A DNA stretch of 64,000 bases from IMG/VR virus record IMGVR_UViG_3300045015_000053; one strand, given 5' to 3'. Below the pieces are notes generated by a model. That model worked only from the letters and a program-made list of their open reading frames with translations. It was not told the origin of the DNA and searched no databases. Positions 28,245-37,353 of the stretch are shown here, piece after piece (position 1 is the first letter of the stretch; every line of letters starts with the position of its first letter). Both the position numbers and the translations under genes were made by a program. Origin of the DNA: a virus (lineage: Duplodnaviria > Caudoviricetes).

Positions 28245-28664
28245 ATGAAGAAATGCACTATTTGTCGGCAAGATAAGGCTCTTGCCGACTTCAACAAAAA
28301 GCCAAGTACAAAAGACGGATACCAGACAAAGTGTCGCAAGTGCAGTAAGCGTCTTGCAAAGGCGCGGTACTACGACAATCGCGACACTGAAATGAAAAGA
28401 ATCAAGGACCGTCAAGAAGATCTTGCTAATCGGTTTTATGAATTCAAGCGAACTTTGCGGTGCGAGTTTTGTCCTGAGACAACAGCTTGCTGTTTGGACT
28501 TCCATCACCGCGACCCGAACTCGAAGGAATTCAACATCGCATTCGCTTGTCGCCAGGGTTACTCTTGGGACAAGCTCATGGAGGAAGTGAATAAGTGTGT
28601 GGTGGCCTGTGCGAACTGTCACAGGAAGATACATCACGGTTTGATTGATTGCCCGCTCGTATAA
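28245..28664 (+). CDS. HNH endonuclease, tRNA-associated family
   Basis: CTICRQ...CRKC; CEFC...CLDFHH...KCVVACANCHRKIH; stop codon inside the next tRNA. Confidence 0.9.
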   Translation: MKKCTICRQDKALADFNKKPSTKDGYQTKCRKCSKRLAKARYYDNRDTEMKRIKDRQEDLANRFYEFKRTLRCEFCPETTACCLDFHHRDPNSKEFNIAFACRQGYSWDKLMEEVNKCVVACANCHRKIHHGLIDCPLV

Positions 28665-28720
28665 CGGTAGTACAACTGACTCTGACTCAGTTAGTGAAGG
28701 TTCGACTCCTTCGTGGGCAT
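28650..28720 (+). tRNA. tRNA-Gln(CTG)
   Basis: ACTGA-CT CTG AC-TCAGT. Confidence 0.9.
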
Positions 28721-28725
28721 CTGAC

Positions 28726-28796
28726 TGAGGAATCATCTAATGGTAGGATGCAAGGCTTTGACCCTTGTCGTGGCGGTTCGAGTCCGTCTTCCTCAA
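28726..28796 (+). tRNA. tRNA-Gln(TTG)
   Basis: CAAGG-CT TTG AC-CCTTG. Confidence 0.9.
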
Positions 28797-28798
28797 CT

Positions 28799-28856
28799 TC
28801 CGACATGTTAGGAGAGAACACGCCAAGTGCGGCAGGTTCGAGGTCTGCTGTCGGAT
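28799..28856 (+). ncRNA. 58-nt tRNA-like RNA lacking a D arm
   Basis: Acceptor TCCGACA/TGTCGGA, T-arm-like GCAGG-TTCGAGG-TCTGC, small CAC-GCCAA-GTG hairpin. Confidence 0.45.
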
Positions 28857-28858
28857 AC

Positions 28859-28929
28859 GCGGGATTCGTTTAGTGGCAAGATCCAACTTTCCCAAAGTTG
28901 AGTCGCCGGTTCGATTCCGGCATCCCGTA
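28859..28929 (+). tRNA. tRNA-Gly(CCC)
   Basis: CAACT-TT CCC AA-AGTTG. Confidence 0.9.
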
Positions 28930-28933
28930 CTGT

Positions 28934-29006
28934 GGGCCATTGGCATGTCTGGCGATTGCAGCGGACTGTTAACCCGCCGAGGTTGGTTCGATTCCAACAT
29001 GGCCCT
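28934..29006 (+). tRNA. tRNA-Asn(GTT)
   Basis: GCGGA-CT GTT AA-CCCGC. Confidence 0.85.
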
Positions 29007-29026
29007 CTCGCTCCAAGAAAGGCAAC

Positions 29027-29281
29027 ATGAGCAAGACAACGTATTACCGGCAGTGCCGACTTCAACGCGGCAATTGCCACCAAGTGAGTTGGATTCCCGA
29101 ACCGTACTGCGTCAAGGACAAAGTCCTGAAGCTCAAGAACAGTGACGGTGTTTGGGAGAACGGATGGGTGGTGAAGGGAGCCGGAACCAACCGGATCACC
29201 GACGTGCCGCACGCCGAAGGTTTGATTCGCGCACACCGGAAAGCTACTGGTGATTCGCTGCCGAAAGGTCCGAACAATTGA
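29027..29281 (+). CDS. hypothetical protein
   Basis: 84-aa ORF within tRNA cluster. Confidence 0.7.
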   Translation: MSKTTYYRQCRLQRGNCHQVSWIPEPYCVKDKVLKLKNSDGVWENGWVVKGAGTNRITDVPHAEGLIRAHRKATGDSLPKGPNN

Positions 29282-29346
29282 AACAGGGGCAGGGTTTAGC
29301 CACCCTGATCGGTCGGGAGTAGCTACCCCGCCCGTGGCCCCTACAC

Positions 29347-29417
29347 GCGGGATTCGTTAAGTGGTAAGACGCATGCTTGCCAAGCATGAGACGCCGGTTC
29401 GATTCCGGCATCCCGCA
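29347..29417 (+). tRNA. tRNA-Gly(GCC)
   Basis: CATGC-TT GCC AA-GCATG. Confidence 0.9.
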
Positions 29418-29544
29418 CTCCGATTTTGAAGGCTCTGGTTCCCCTTGTGGGTGGTAAAAAGATCGCGCATAATCATCACGTTGCTGCGATTGGGCTGTAG
29501 AAATCGAAACCCCCAATGTCTGCGTAGCAGACAGGGAGTAAGTG

Positions 29545-30720
<1,176 letters not shown>

Positions 30721-30783
30721 AGATCTAGTAGTTAAACAGGGGGAGAACTGGCCCCCACCCCGTCGCGAGACGGGGCTACTGAT

Positions 30784-30854
30784 GGCCCTATAGTCTAGTG
30801 GCAGGACGTAACCCTCTCAAGGTTAAGATTGGAGTTCGATTCTCCATAGGGTCA
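30784..30854 (+). tRNA. tRNA-Glu(CTC)
   Basis: TAACC-CT CTC AA-GGTTA. Confidence 0.9.
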
Positions 30855-30903
30855 CAGGCTCGACTACGTCCGACGCTCAGTTTTTCGGACGTTATAATTT
30901 GTC

Positions 30904-31329
30904 ATGGAGAAGACATGTTACAAGTGTAAACAATTGAAGCTTGCGGACGAGTTCTCGAAAGATACTCGGAGTAAAGATGGGTTGTGTGCGGCTTGTAGAG
31001 CTTGCCGAAGCGAGCTTAAAAAGCAGTATTACAACCGCGAACATGATGGCTTGAGGATCAAGCAGCTTGAGAAGCGTCGGAAGCTTCAGGATTGGGTTAG
31101 CACATTCAAGAAAGAGTGTAGTGTTTGCGGAGAGGATCATCCGGCTTGTTTGGATTTTCATCATGATGGCGAGAAGGAAGCAGGTATTGCCAACATGATC
31201 AATCGCAACAATATGACCGACGAAATGAGATCGAAGGTTTTGGCTGAGATCGCCAAATGCAAAGTCTTGTGTTCAAACTGTCACAGGAAGTTGCACTGGA
31301 AAGAAAGAAGAGAAGGCCCATTCGTCTAG
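30904..31329 (+). CDS. HNH endonuclease, tRNA-associated family
   Basis: CSVCG...CLDFHH...KCKVLCSNCHRKLH; TATAAT 5 nt upstream; stop inside the next tRNA. Confidence 0.9.
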   Translation: MEKTCYKCKQLKLADEFSKDTRSKDGLCAACRACRSELKKQYYNREHDGLRIKQLEKRRKLQDWVSTFKKECSVCGEDHPACLDFHHDGEKEAGIANMINRNNMTDEMRSKVLAEIAKCKVLCSNCHRKLHWKERREGPFV

Positions 31330-31385
31330 TGGTAGGACATCAGATTTTCACTCTGACAACCGGAGTTCAATTCTCCGATGGGTCA
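31315..31385 (+). tRNA. tRNA-Glu(TTC)
   Basis: TCAGA-TT TTC AC-TCTGA. Confidence 0.9.
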
Positions 31386-31441
31386 CTCAAAAGAAAGAAA
31401 CGAATCGGTATATACCCCACAGGCCGAACACAAGGGGTTTC

Positions 31442-32113
31442 ATGTTTAGTTTCAAAGAATGGTTTGACGAGTCTCTAAAGTGGGATTACCTCGCGAGCGA
31501 AGCCGAGTTGTATCCCGAAGGGTTCCGTGATTTTGCGAACCGGATGCTCGGCCGCAAAAAGAAGCCGATGGATTTGCCAGACGACGGCACGTTGCCGATG
31601 GCTGCGTCCGAAAAGAATCCGGCCGTCTATCCGGGGATGAACAATCCCAGAGACGCAATCGCAGCCACCAAAGACAAACCGGCGGTTTACCCAGGCGTGA
31701 ACAACCGAAGGGACGCGATTGCGGCGACCAAAGACAAGCCGGCCGTGTATCCGGGTGTGAACAACCCAAGAGATCCGATTGCGGCTACGAAGAACAAGCC
31801 GGCCGTGTACCCAGGCGAGAACGACGAAAAGCTCCCGATGGGACACGAGTTGAATAGCGTTATGCACGTTTACAAGCAGGTGCAGGACGGTATCACACGG
31901 ATCTGGAAGGATGACGCTGTGAGGGCGTTGTTCAAAAACGATCCGAGCGGAACGAATCAAAAGAAGGCCGACGACTTGGTGAAGTCTTGGAACGCCTTCA
32001 AAGATGTCATCAACCAACAGTCCAAGTTCCAACAAGGCAGAGGCAAACCACCAGAATTGCCGATGCCGGCTCGTCAACGGGCGGCTAACCGCGACGATCA
32101 CTGGAGGGGTTGA
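31442..32113 (+). CDS. repeat protein with capsid-targeting-like N-terminus
   Basis: MFSFKEWFDES; 20-aa repeats. Confidence 0.75.
   Translation: MFSFKEWFDESLKWDYLASEAELYPEGFRDFANRMLGRKKKPMDLPDDGTLPMAASEKNPAVYPGMNNPRDAIAATKDKPAVYPGVNNRRDAIAATKDKPAVYPGVNNPRDPIAATKNKPAVYPGENDEKLPMGHELNSVMHVYKQVQDGITRIWKDDAVRALFKNDPSGTNQKKADDLVKSWNAFKDVINQQSKFQQGRGKPPELPMPARQRAANRDDHWRG
31610..31822 (+). repeat. intragenic 60-bp (20-aa) tandem repeat, ~3.5 copies
   Basis: K(D/N)(K/N)PAVYPG(V/M)NN(P/R)RD(A/P)IAAT. Confidence 0.85.
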
Positions 32114-32204
32114 AAATCGCCGCCGCGTCGATTACGCGGCCAGTTAGAAGTCAAAAGCGACATCTGTAAAATGTCATTGCTCACTGACACGAAAGTGTCT
32201 TAAT

Positions 32205-32332
32205 GCCGGGTTAGCTCAGTGGCAGAGCGCGTAAAAGTTGACTCACCACATTTTGCCCGCAAGGGATGACTCGATGGGTTTACATTCCATTCCCAGGACG
32301 AGGTCGCGAAGTTCGATTCTTCGCTCCCGGCT
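32205..32332 (+). tRNA. tRNA-like RNA with RNA module (copy 4) in anticodon arm
   Basis: Acceptor GCCGGG/CCCGGC, normal D and T arms; insert GACTC..TTTTG-CCC-GCAA-GGG-ATG..GGGTTTACAT. Confidence 0.65.
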
Positions 32333-32338
32333 TTATCT

Positions 32339-32417
32339 GTCGTAGGAACCTAAATTCGCGTGGTGCGGAGCGGGCCTGCAAAGCTTGTGGTAAGGGGTTC
32401 GATTCCTCCCTACGACT
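32339..32417 (+). tRNA. tRNA-Cys(GCA), atypical D arm
   Basis: CGGGC-CT GCA AA-GCTTG; acceptor GTCGTAG/CTACGAC, U73. Confidence 0.65.
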
Positions 32418-32496
32418 CTTGATTCCGAAACGATCTGCAAAGCAACAGTTACGACCGTTGTTTTAGGCAGCTACTCATCGTCGGAAGTTCTCACAT

Positions 32497-32569
32497 GCCC
32501 CGTTTGCTACAATGGTGAAGCGCCTGTCTCTTAAACAGGTTACGGCCGGTTCGATCCCGGCACGGGGTA
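32497..32569 (+). tRNA. tRNA-Lys(CTT)
   Basis: CCTGT-CT CTT AA-ACAGG. Confidence 0.85.
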
Positions 32570-32601
32570 CTGATTCATGCTGTCTCTGATTTAGAAAGAT
32601 T

Positions 32602-32684
32602 GACTTGCACGCAGTAGTGGCATCTGCCTCTCGCTCTTAACGAGACGCCGTAAGGCATTCAGGGTTCAAGTCCCTGGCGAGTCA
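32602..32684 (+). tRNA. tRNA-Lys(CTT) with long variable arm
   Basis: TCTCG-CT CTT AA-CGAGA followed by GCC-GTAA-GGC hairpin. Confidence 0.7.
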
Positions 32685-32689
32685 CTGGA

Positions 32690-32865
32690 CCTGTGGTTAC
32701 TGCGAGTTCAATCTCGCAAAGATGGCGGGGACAAAAGCAGTCGTGGAAACACGGGGCTTCCCTGCGGAGGATCAGGTTGCCGACTGAAAGACATTACAGC
32801 GAGTTCAATCTCGCCCGGATGTGAAAAACCAACTGCAAAGACCACATACGCAGTGAAAGTCGGCA
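32690..32865 (+). ncRNA. unidentified structured RNA with two GCGAGTTCAATCTCGC hairpins
   Basis: Identical 16-mers at 32702 and 32799 (third copy at 26299). Confidence 0.45.
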
Positions 32866-32870
32866 CACAT

Positions 32871-32997
32871 TGTGGGGTAGCTCAGTGGTAGGGCGCGTAA
32901 AACTAGATTCGCGCCTTTTTGCCCTAACGGGATGTCCTTGCGGATTTACATTACATGTGAGGACGAGGATGTAAGGTTCGATTCCTTACCCCCACAG
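32871..32997 (+). tRNA. tRNA-like RNA with RNA module (copy 5) in anticodon arm
   Basis: Acceptor TGTGGGG/CCCCACA; GATTCGC..TTTTTG-CCC-TAAC-GGG-ATG..GCGGATT-TACAT-TAC-ATGT-GA. Confidence 0.65.
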
Positions 32998-33050
32998 CTA
33001 GTTGACGTTTGTGGCGAACCCACCGGGGTTCGCCACAACCTTTGATGAAT

Positions 33051-33262
33051 ACGTTGAGTGGCGAAACGAAGAACGCAGAGGGACCACAGAGAACGGTCGC
33101 TCGGCACGCTAACTCGCAGTACAACTTGGAGGACCGTGTCAGCGGTATCCTCTCAAGCTCTGGAGTGTCCTTGCGACACCCCCACTTCAGTGTGGGACCA
33201 TCTACGAGGCTGACCCCTGACAGGGAAGTGCAATGTGAGGTTTGAGTCCTCACCTCGACGTA
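33051..33262 (+). ncRNA. ~210-nt RNA with Leu-type tRNA ends and a large internal insert
   Basis: ACGTTGAG/CTCGACGT pairing, D-arm-like GCG..CGC, T arm GTGAGG-TTTGAGT-CCTCAC. Confidence 0.55.
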
Positions 33263-33266
33263 TAAC

Positions 33267-33339
33267 GGGCCATGAGTTCGGTTAGTAGAACATCCCCCTG
33301 TCACGGGGAAGGTTGCGGGTGCGACTCCCGTATGGCTCG
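33267..33339 (+). tRNA. tRNA-Asp(GTC)
   Basis: TCCCC-CT GTC AC-GGGGA. Confidence 0.9.
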
Positions 33340-33367
33340 CTTTTGTTTTTGTTGATATAATCGGGTC

Positions 33368-33994
33368 ATGCCATACAAAGACCCGCTTCGACAAAAAGAA
33401 GCCCAACGTCAACACTATCTCGCCAACAAGCAAAATTACATTTGCAGTCGGCGGAAAAATCGTGATGAACGAGATGTTTGGCTCGAAGAGTACAAGCGTG
33501 ACAAGAAATGCGTCAGATGCGGCGAACCCGATTCGAGATGTTTCGATTTCCACCATCCCGACGCCTCGAAAAAGCTGTTTCAAATAACCGAAGCTGTTAA
33601 GCAAGGTTATGCTCTTGGCAGGATCAAGGCTGAGATTGCGAAGTGCGAGATTCTCTGCGCCAACTGTCACCGCCTTGAACATTACCAAGAAAGAACGCCT
33701 GAAGATTACGCGAGGTCTTGGGTCGGCGAAAACGTTCTTTGGTTGCGTCAGCAGAAGTCCATGAGAGTCTGCATGAAATGCCAGACCGAAGATTGGAGAT
33801 TGCTAGACTTCCATCATCGTGACGGTGTCGAAAAGAAACAAACTCTTTCAAAGATGGCCGGAAGTGGCTGTTCGATTCAGGCTCTTTTGGAAGAGATCGC
33901 GAAGTGTGACGTGTACTGTGCCAACTGCCACAGGAAGCATCACAACAACAACAAATGGAAAGAAGCGTCTGTAAGAAAAGGCTCTATGGTGTAG
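33368..33994 (+). CDS. HNH endonuclease with two tandem HNH domains
   Basis: Two C..C...DFHH...KC.(IL/VY)CANCHR units; stop inside the next tRNA. Confidence 0.9.
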   Translation: MPYKDPLRQKEAQRQHYLANKQNYICSRRKNRDERDVWLEEYKRDKKCVRCGEPDSRCFDFHHPDASKKLFQITEAVKQGYALGRIKAEIAKCEILCANCHRLEHYQERTPEDYARSWVGENVLWLRQQKSMRVCMKCQTEDWRLLDFHHRDGVEKKQTLSKMAGSGCSIQALLEEIAKCDVYCANCHRKHHNNNKWKEASVRKGSMV

Positions 33995-34052
33995 TGGTCT
34001 GCACGCTTGGTTGTCAACCAATAAGAGTGGGGTTCGATTCCCCCTAGAGCCG
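33980..34052 (+). tRNA. tRNA-Asp(GTC)
   Basis: TTGG-TT GTC AA-CCAA; acceptor GGCTCTA/TAGAGCC. Confidence 0.85.
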
Positions 34053-34055
34053 CTC

Positions 34056-34300
34056 TGGTTTGTCGGTATCAGTCTGCTTCGGCAGTGTCACCGACTTGAA
34101 CGTAGACGATGGTGCCTGTCAGGTTCGTCTAGCCGGTAACTGGGCTGCGTCGTGAAATAATCGACTATGGTCAAGGTGTGGTCCGACGAGGATAATCCAC
34201 CCGTTCGCGAACGGGCAGACAAGTGAATCGGCTTTTCATGCGACGGTGTGAAGAACCGAGGAACAGCCATACTGATATGGGGTTCGATTCCCCTGCGGTC
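34056..34300 (+). ncRNA. candidate structured RNA ending in a T-arm-like hairpin
   Basis: Hairpins CTGC-TTCG-GCAG, CCCG-TTCGCGAA-CGGG, GGGG-TTCGATT-CCCC; no 5' acceptor partner found. Confidence 0.35.
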
Positions 34301-34315
34301 CTCCTAAATACCCGC

Positions 34316-34906
34316 ATGATGAATTTCATGCTGTGGATCGAAGGTGTAGAAAATCGCGGGCCTCAAGGCACACCCAAAAGGGGTCGCGGGCCGCGAGAAG
34401 ACATTTACGAAGTGATGGAAGCCGGGATGCACCACGGCGTCATCGTCGGTCCCATGTGGGAATATGTCGCGAGACTCCACGGCGGCGCGGCGATGAACCA
34501 ACCGTCCGAAGCCGAGCGGGTGAAAAAACTCGCCGGCCAGATTTCCGGTTTCGGCGGATACTGGGAGCGGCCGATTGTTGACGAAGAAAACGTCGTCATG
34601 GAAGGCCAGCACCGGCTCGAAGCCGCAAGGCACTTGGGATACAAGAAGATCCCGATCATGCGAGTCATGGACCTCGGCCGCGTCTTCGGTTACGAACAAA
34701 TGGCTGCGGCGGCAAAAGCCGTGAAGCCGATGGGTGGCGATGCCCTTCAGCAGATTGTCGGTCGCGCCCTCGACACCTTGTACGAAGAGAAGGGCAACGT
34801 CGAAGAGGCTTTGCAGTACACTGTCGGTCGCGGGTACGATGACGCCTTCCACGCCGCGATCAATGCGGCGAAAAGGGCAAAGCTGCCGAACTACATAAAA
34901 GCATGA
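34316..34906 (+). CDS. ParB/Srx-like domain protein with capsid-targeting-like N-terminus
   Basis: RPIVDEENVVMEGQHRLEAARHLGYKKIPI; TAAATA 5 nt upstream. Confidence 0.75.
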   Translation: MMNFMLWIEGVENRGPQGTPKRGRGPREDIYEVMEAGMHHGVIVGPMWEYVARLHGGAAMNQPSEAERVKKLAGQISGFGGYWERPIVDEENVVMEGQHRLEAARHLGYKKIPIMRVMDLGRVFGYEQMAAAAKAVKPMGGDALQQIVGRALDTLYEEKGNVEEALQYTVGRGYDDAFHAAINAAKRAKLPNYIKA

Positions 34907-36255
34907 ACGGCTTTCAAAACTGGTTCGAGTCACAAACGGCAGACCTCGAAGACAAGATCTTCGCGGCCATCAGCGACGACAAAGCTTCCGACTTTGACGC
35001 GATGCTCAAGGAATGGGTCAAAAGCACCAACCCGTCGATGTCCGGCGTGGTCCTGAAACGGGACCACTACGGCAAGAATCGCGGCGAGGGCGTGACCTAC
35101 TTCAGCGGCCAACTGACGCCCTCTTACCGAGAGGTGTCGGCTCACCGCAAGAGCGAGAGCGGGTTTTCTGGGATGGGCCTGATCGTCACGCCCCTGACCT
35201 ACCGCTACCTCCGCTCGCACACGTTGGAGCATTTCGACGGCATCGGGATCGACAACGGGATGTTCACGGAAGCCGGACAGAAGAATTTTTCGTGGACCAA
35301 GTACGAGAAGATGATCAAGGTGGCCCTCGCCCAAGAGAAGCGAGAGGTACTCGGCCAACTGCACTTCTTCACGGTGCCGGATCAGCCGTTCGACTGGGCG
35401 GCGACGATGAAGAAGTTCAAGGAACACGCTTCCGACGTGAAGCGACTTCGGAGTTGGGGAGCGCCGGTTGCCATCTGTATTCAGAACGGGGCGGTCGTCG
35501 CCAACGTGCCGTGGGGCGAGATCGACGTGATCTTCATCGGCGGCAACGACGAGTACAAGACCGGGCCGGACGCACAGGCGATCACGGCCGAGGCCAAGAA
35601 GCTCGGCAAGGGCGTTCACATGGGACGTGTGAACAACCTGAAAAGAATGAACAAAGGGTCGGAATGGGGCGTGGATACCGCTGACGGGACATACGTCATG
35701 CACGAGCTTGCGAAGGCTCTCCACGAGATTGAGACAAAGAACCCGATCCGGCCGCGAGAGGGGATCGTCCAGTACCACGAAAGACTGAGGCGGTTGCTGC
35801 ACGGTACGCACGCGGAAAAAGACTTGCACGTTCCGGGCAGCAAACACCTGACGGAGCCAGAGATCATCGACAATCTTGTTTCGCACATTCTGGACATCCA
35901 GACTAAGAACAACATGGGTGCGAGGTACAACGCGATTGCCGACATGGTCGCCCACATGAAGGGCAAGCCGTTGAGCCGGGACGCGGTTCGAGAGTCGGAC
36001 AGATTCTTGCCGCAGGTTCCACACATCTCGCCCGACGACGATGTGGTACAATATGACGACGCGGGGAACGTGAAGCTCGGACGCGACGGCCGACCACTCA
36101 AGAACTACAAAGTCTTCAGTCAGTTGGCGGATCGCCCGGAGTACCGACCGATGCCGAAGGGCATCCCGTTCGACCCGAAAGACATGAGCGTGTACAACAA
36201 GTACATCAACAAATACATCATGAGGATGCGAGACGCGGGCGTACTGCCCCACTGA
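34903..36255 (+). CDS. TGT/DpdA-like TIM-barrel protein (putative) with capsid-targeting-like N-terminus
   Basis: IDNGMF, VPD, QNG, IFIGG, VHMGRVN, DTADGT; family assignment from recall only. Confidence 0.55.
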   Translation: MNGFQNWFESQTADLEDKIFAAISDDKASDFDAMLKEWVKSTNPSMSGVVLKRDHYGKNRGEGVTYFSGQLTPSYREVSAHRKSESGFSGMGLIVTPLTYRYLRSHTLEHFDGIGIDNGMFTEAGQKNFSWTKYEKMIKVALAQEKREVLGQLHFFTVPDQPFDWAATMKKFKEHASDVKRLRSWGAPVAICIQNGAVVANVPWGEIDVIFIGGNDEYKTGPDAQAITAEAKKLGKGVHMGRVNNLKRMNKGSEWGVDTADGTYVMHELAKALHEIETKNPIRPREGIVQYHERLRRLLHGTHAEKDLHVPGSKHLTEPEIIDNLVSHILDIQTKNNMGARYNAIADMVAHMKGKPLSRDAVRESDRFLPQVPHISPDDDVVQYDDAGNVKLGRDGRPLKNYKVFSQLADRPEYRPMPKGIPFDPKDMSVYNKYINKYIMRMRDAGVLPH

Positions 36256-36262
36256 GGCCACC

Positions 36263-36493
36263 ATGATGCAGTTGATCGACAAGTGGTACAAAGAGTACAC
36301 TGACCTTCTGAAAGAAGCCGACAAGCTGGACATTCAGCGGGACGCGAACTCGACGTACTACAGCCGGATGACGGAAGCGGAAAAAGTTCAGTTCGATGAT
36401 TTGCGTGACCGGGCCTACCGGATGCGGATCGAGGCGTCGGCGGTGAAACGGTGCTACGACCAGTTGGTCGCGCACTTCACATGCAATGCGTGA
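36263..36493 (+). CDS. hypothetical protein
   Basis: GAGG RBS. Confidence 0.65.
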   Translation: MMQLIDKWYKEYTDLLKEADKLDIQRDANSTYYSRMTEAEKVQFDDLRDRAYRMRIEASAVKRCYDQLVAHFTCNA

Positions 36494-36498
36494 GAGCC

Positions 36499-36702
36499 AT
36501 GAAGGAATACCGCTACAAGATGCTGACGGAATACACTTGCGAGCTTTGCCAGACGACTTACCCTCTTGCCAGACCGACAGCCAACGACTGTTTCATCGCA
36601 CTTTGTCAGGGCTGTATCAGGAAGTGCAAGGAAGAAGGCAAGAGCTTGTTTGAGGAACTCAAGAAAGCTCGCGAGGCCAAACGCAATGATCACCCACAAT
36701 GA
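36499..36702 (+). CDS. small zinc-finger-like protein
   Basis: CELC and CQGC. Confidence 0.55.
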   Translation: MKEYRYKMLTEYTCELCQTTYPLARPTANDCFIALCQGCIRKCKEEGKSLFEELKKAREAKRNDHPQ

Positions 36703-37174
36703 CATCGAATCGCAACTGGATCAGTCGCCCCAGAACTGGTGGTTGAGGAAGCACTACGCGGGGTGGCTGGCCGACAATGGCAACGTGCCTCTGGCGCGGG
36801 TGCAGTTGTGGCTCGCGAAGAACGAGAAATGCCCTGGCCCGAAGTGTGTGCTGGAAGGCAAGTGGCACGAGGCGACTTGGTGGTCGGAAGATCAGGCTGG
36901 CAAAAGGTGGACCCTCGATTACAACGAGAGCGTTCACATCAAGCCGGAATGGTGTTTGCCGCACAAGGTCTTCAATGCGACCAAAGGGTATCTGGTTGCA
37001 GACCGGCGTGACAAGGGGTTCCACAACAAGTTTGCCCGTTCTTGGAACGGTCGGCGTGACGCGGAAGCGGCCATGATGATCTTCGCGGTGGAAAAGAAGA
37101 AGAAACTCGTTCAGTTCCGGTCGCTGGATGCGTTGTGGGATTACGACGAACCCTTGAAGCCGCTGTTTGAGTAA
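36686..37174 (+). CDS. protein with TIGR02996-like N-terminus
   Basis: SQLDQSPQNWWLRKHYAGWLADNG resembles the RLVYADWLEE-G motif. Confidence 0.5.
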   Translation: MITHNDIESQLDQSPQNWWLRKHYAGWLADNGNVPLARVQLWLAKNEKCPGPKCVLEGKWHEATWWSEDQAGKRWTLDYNESVHIKPEWCLPHKVFNATKGYLVADRRDKGFHNKFARSWNGRRDAEAAMMIFAVEKKKKLVQFRSLDALWDYDEPLKPLFE

Positions 37175-37179
37175 TTGAT

Positions 37180-37255
37180 TGCTGTGGGGTGACTGTTGGT
37201 AGTCACGCGAAGCTGTTAACTTCGTCTCCCGATGGTTCGATTCCATCCGCAGCAG
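37180..37255 (+). tRNA. tRNA-Asn(GTT)
   Basis: CGAAG-CT GTT AA-CTTCG. Confidence 0.85.
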
Positions 37256-37260
37256 CTTAT

Positions 37261-37349
37261 TCCTGGGTAGCATACGTTGGTTAAATGCAGACGGCTGTTA
37301 ACCGTCAGAGGGGGAAACCTCTCCGCTGGTTCGATTCCAGCCCCAGGAG
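37261..37349 (+). tRNA. tRNA-Asn(GTT) with long variable arm
   Basis: GACGG-CT GTT AA-CCGTC then GAGGG-GGAAA-CCTCTC hairpin. Confidence 0.8.
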
Positions 37350-37353
37350 CTTT

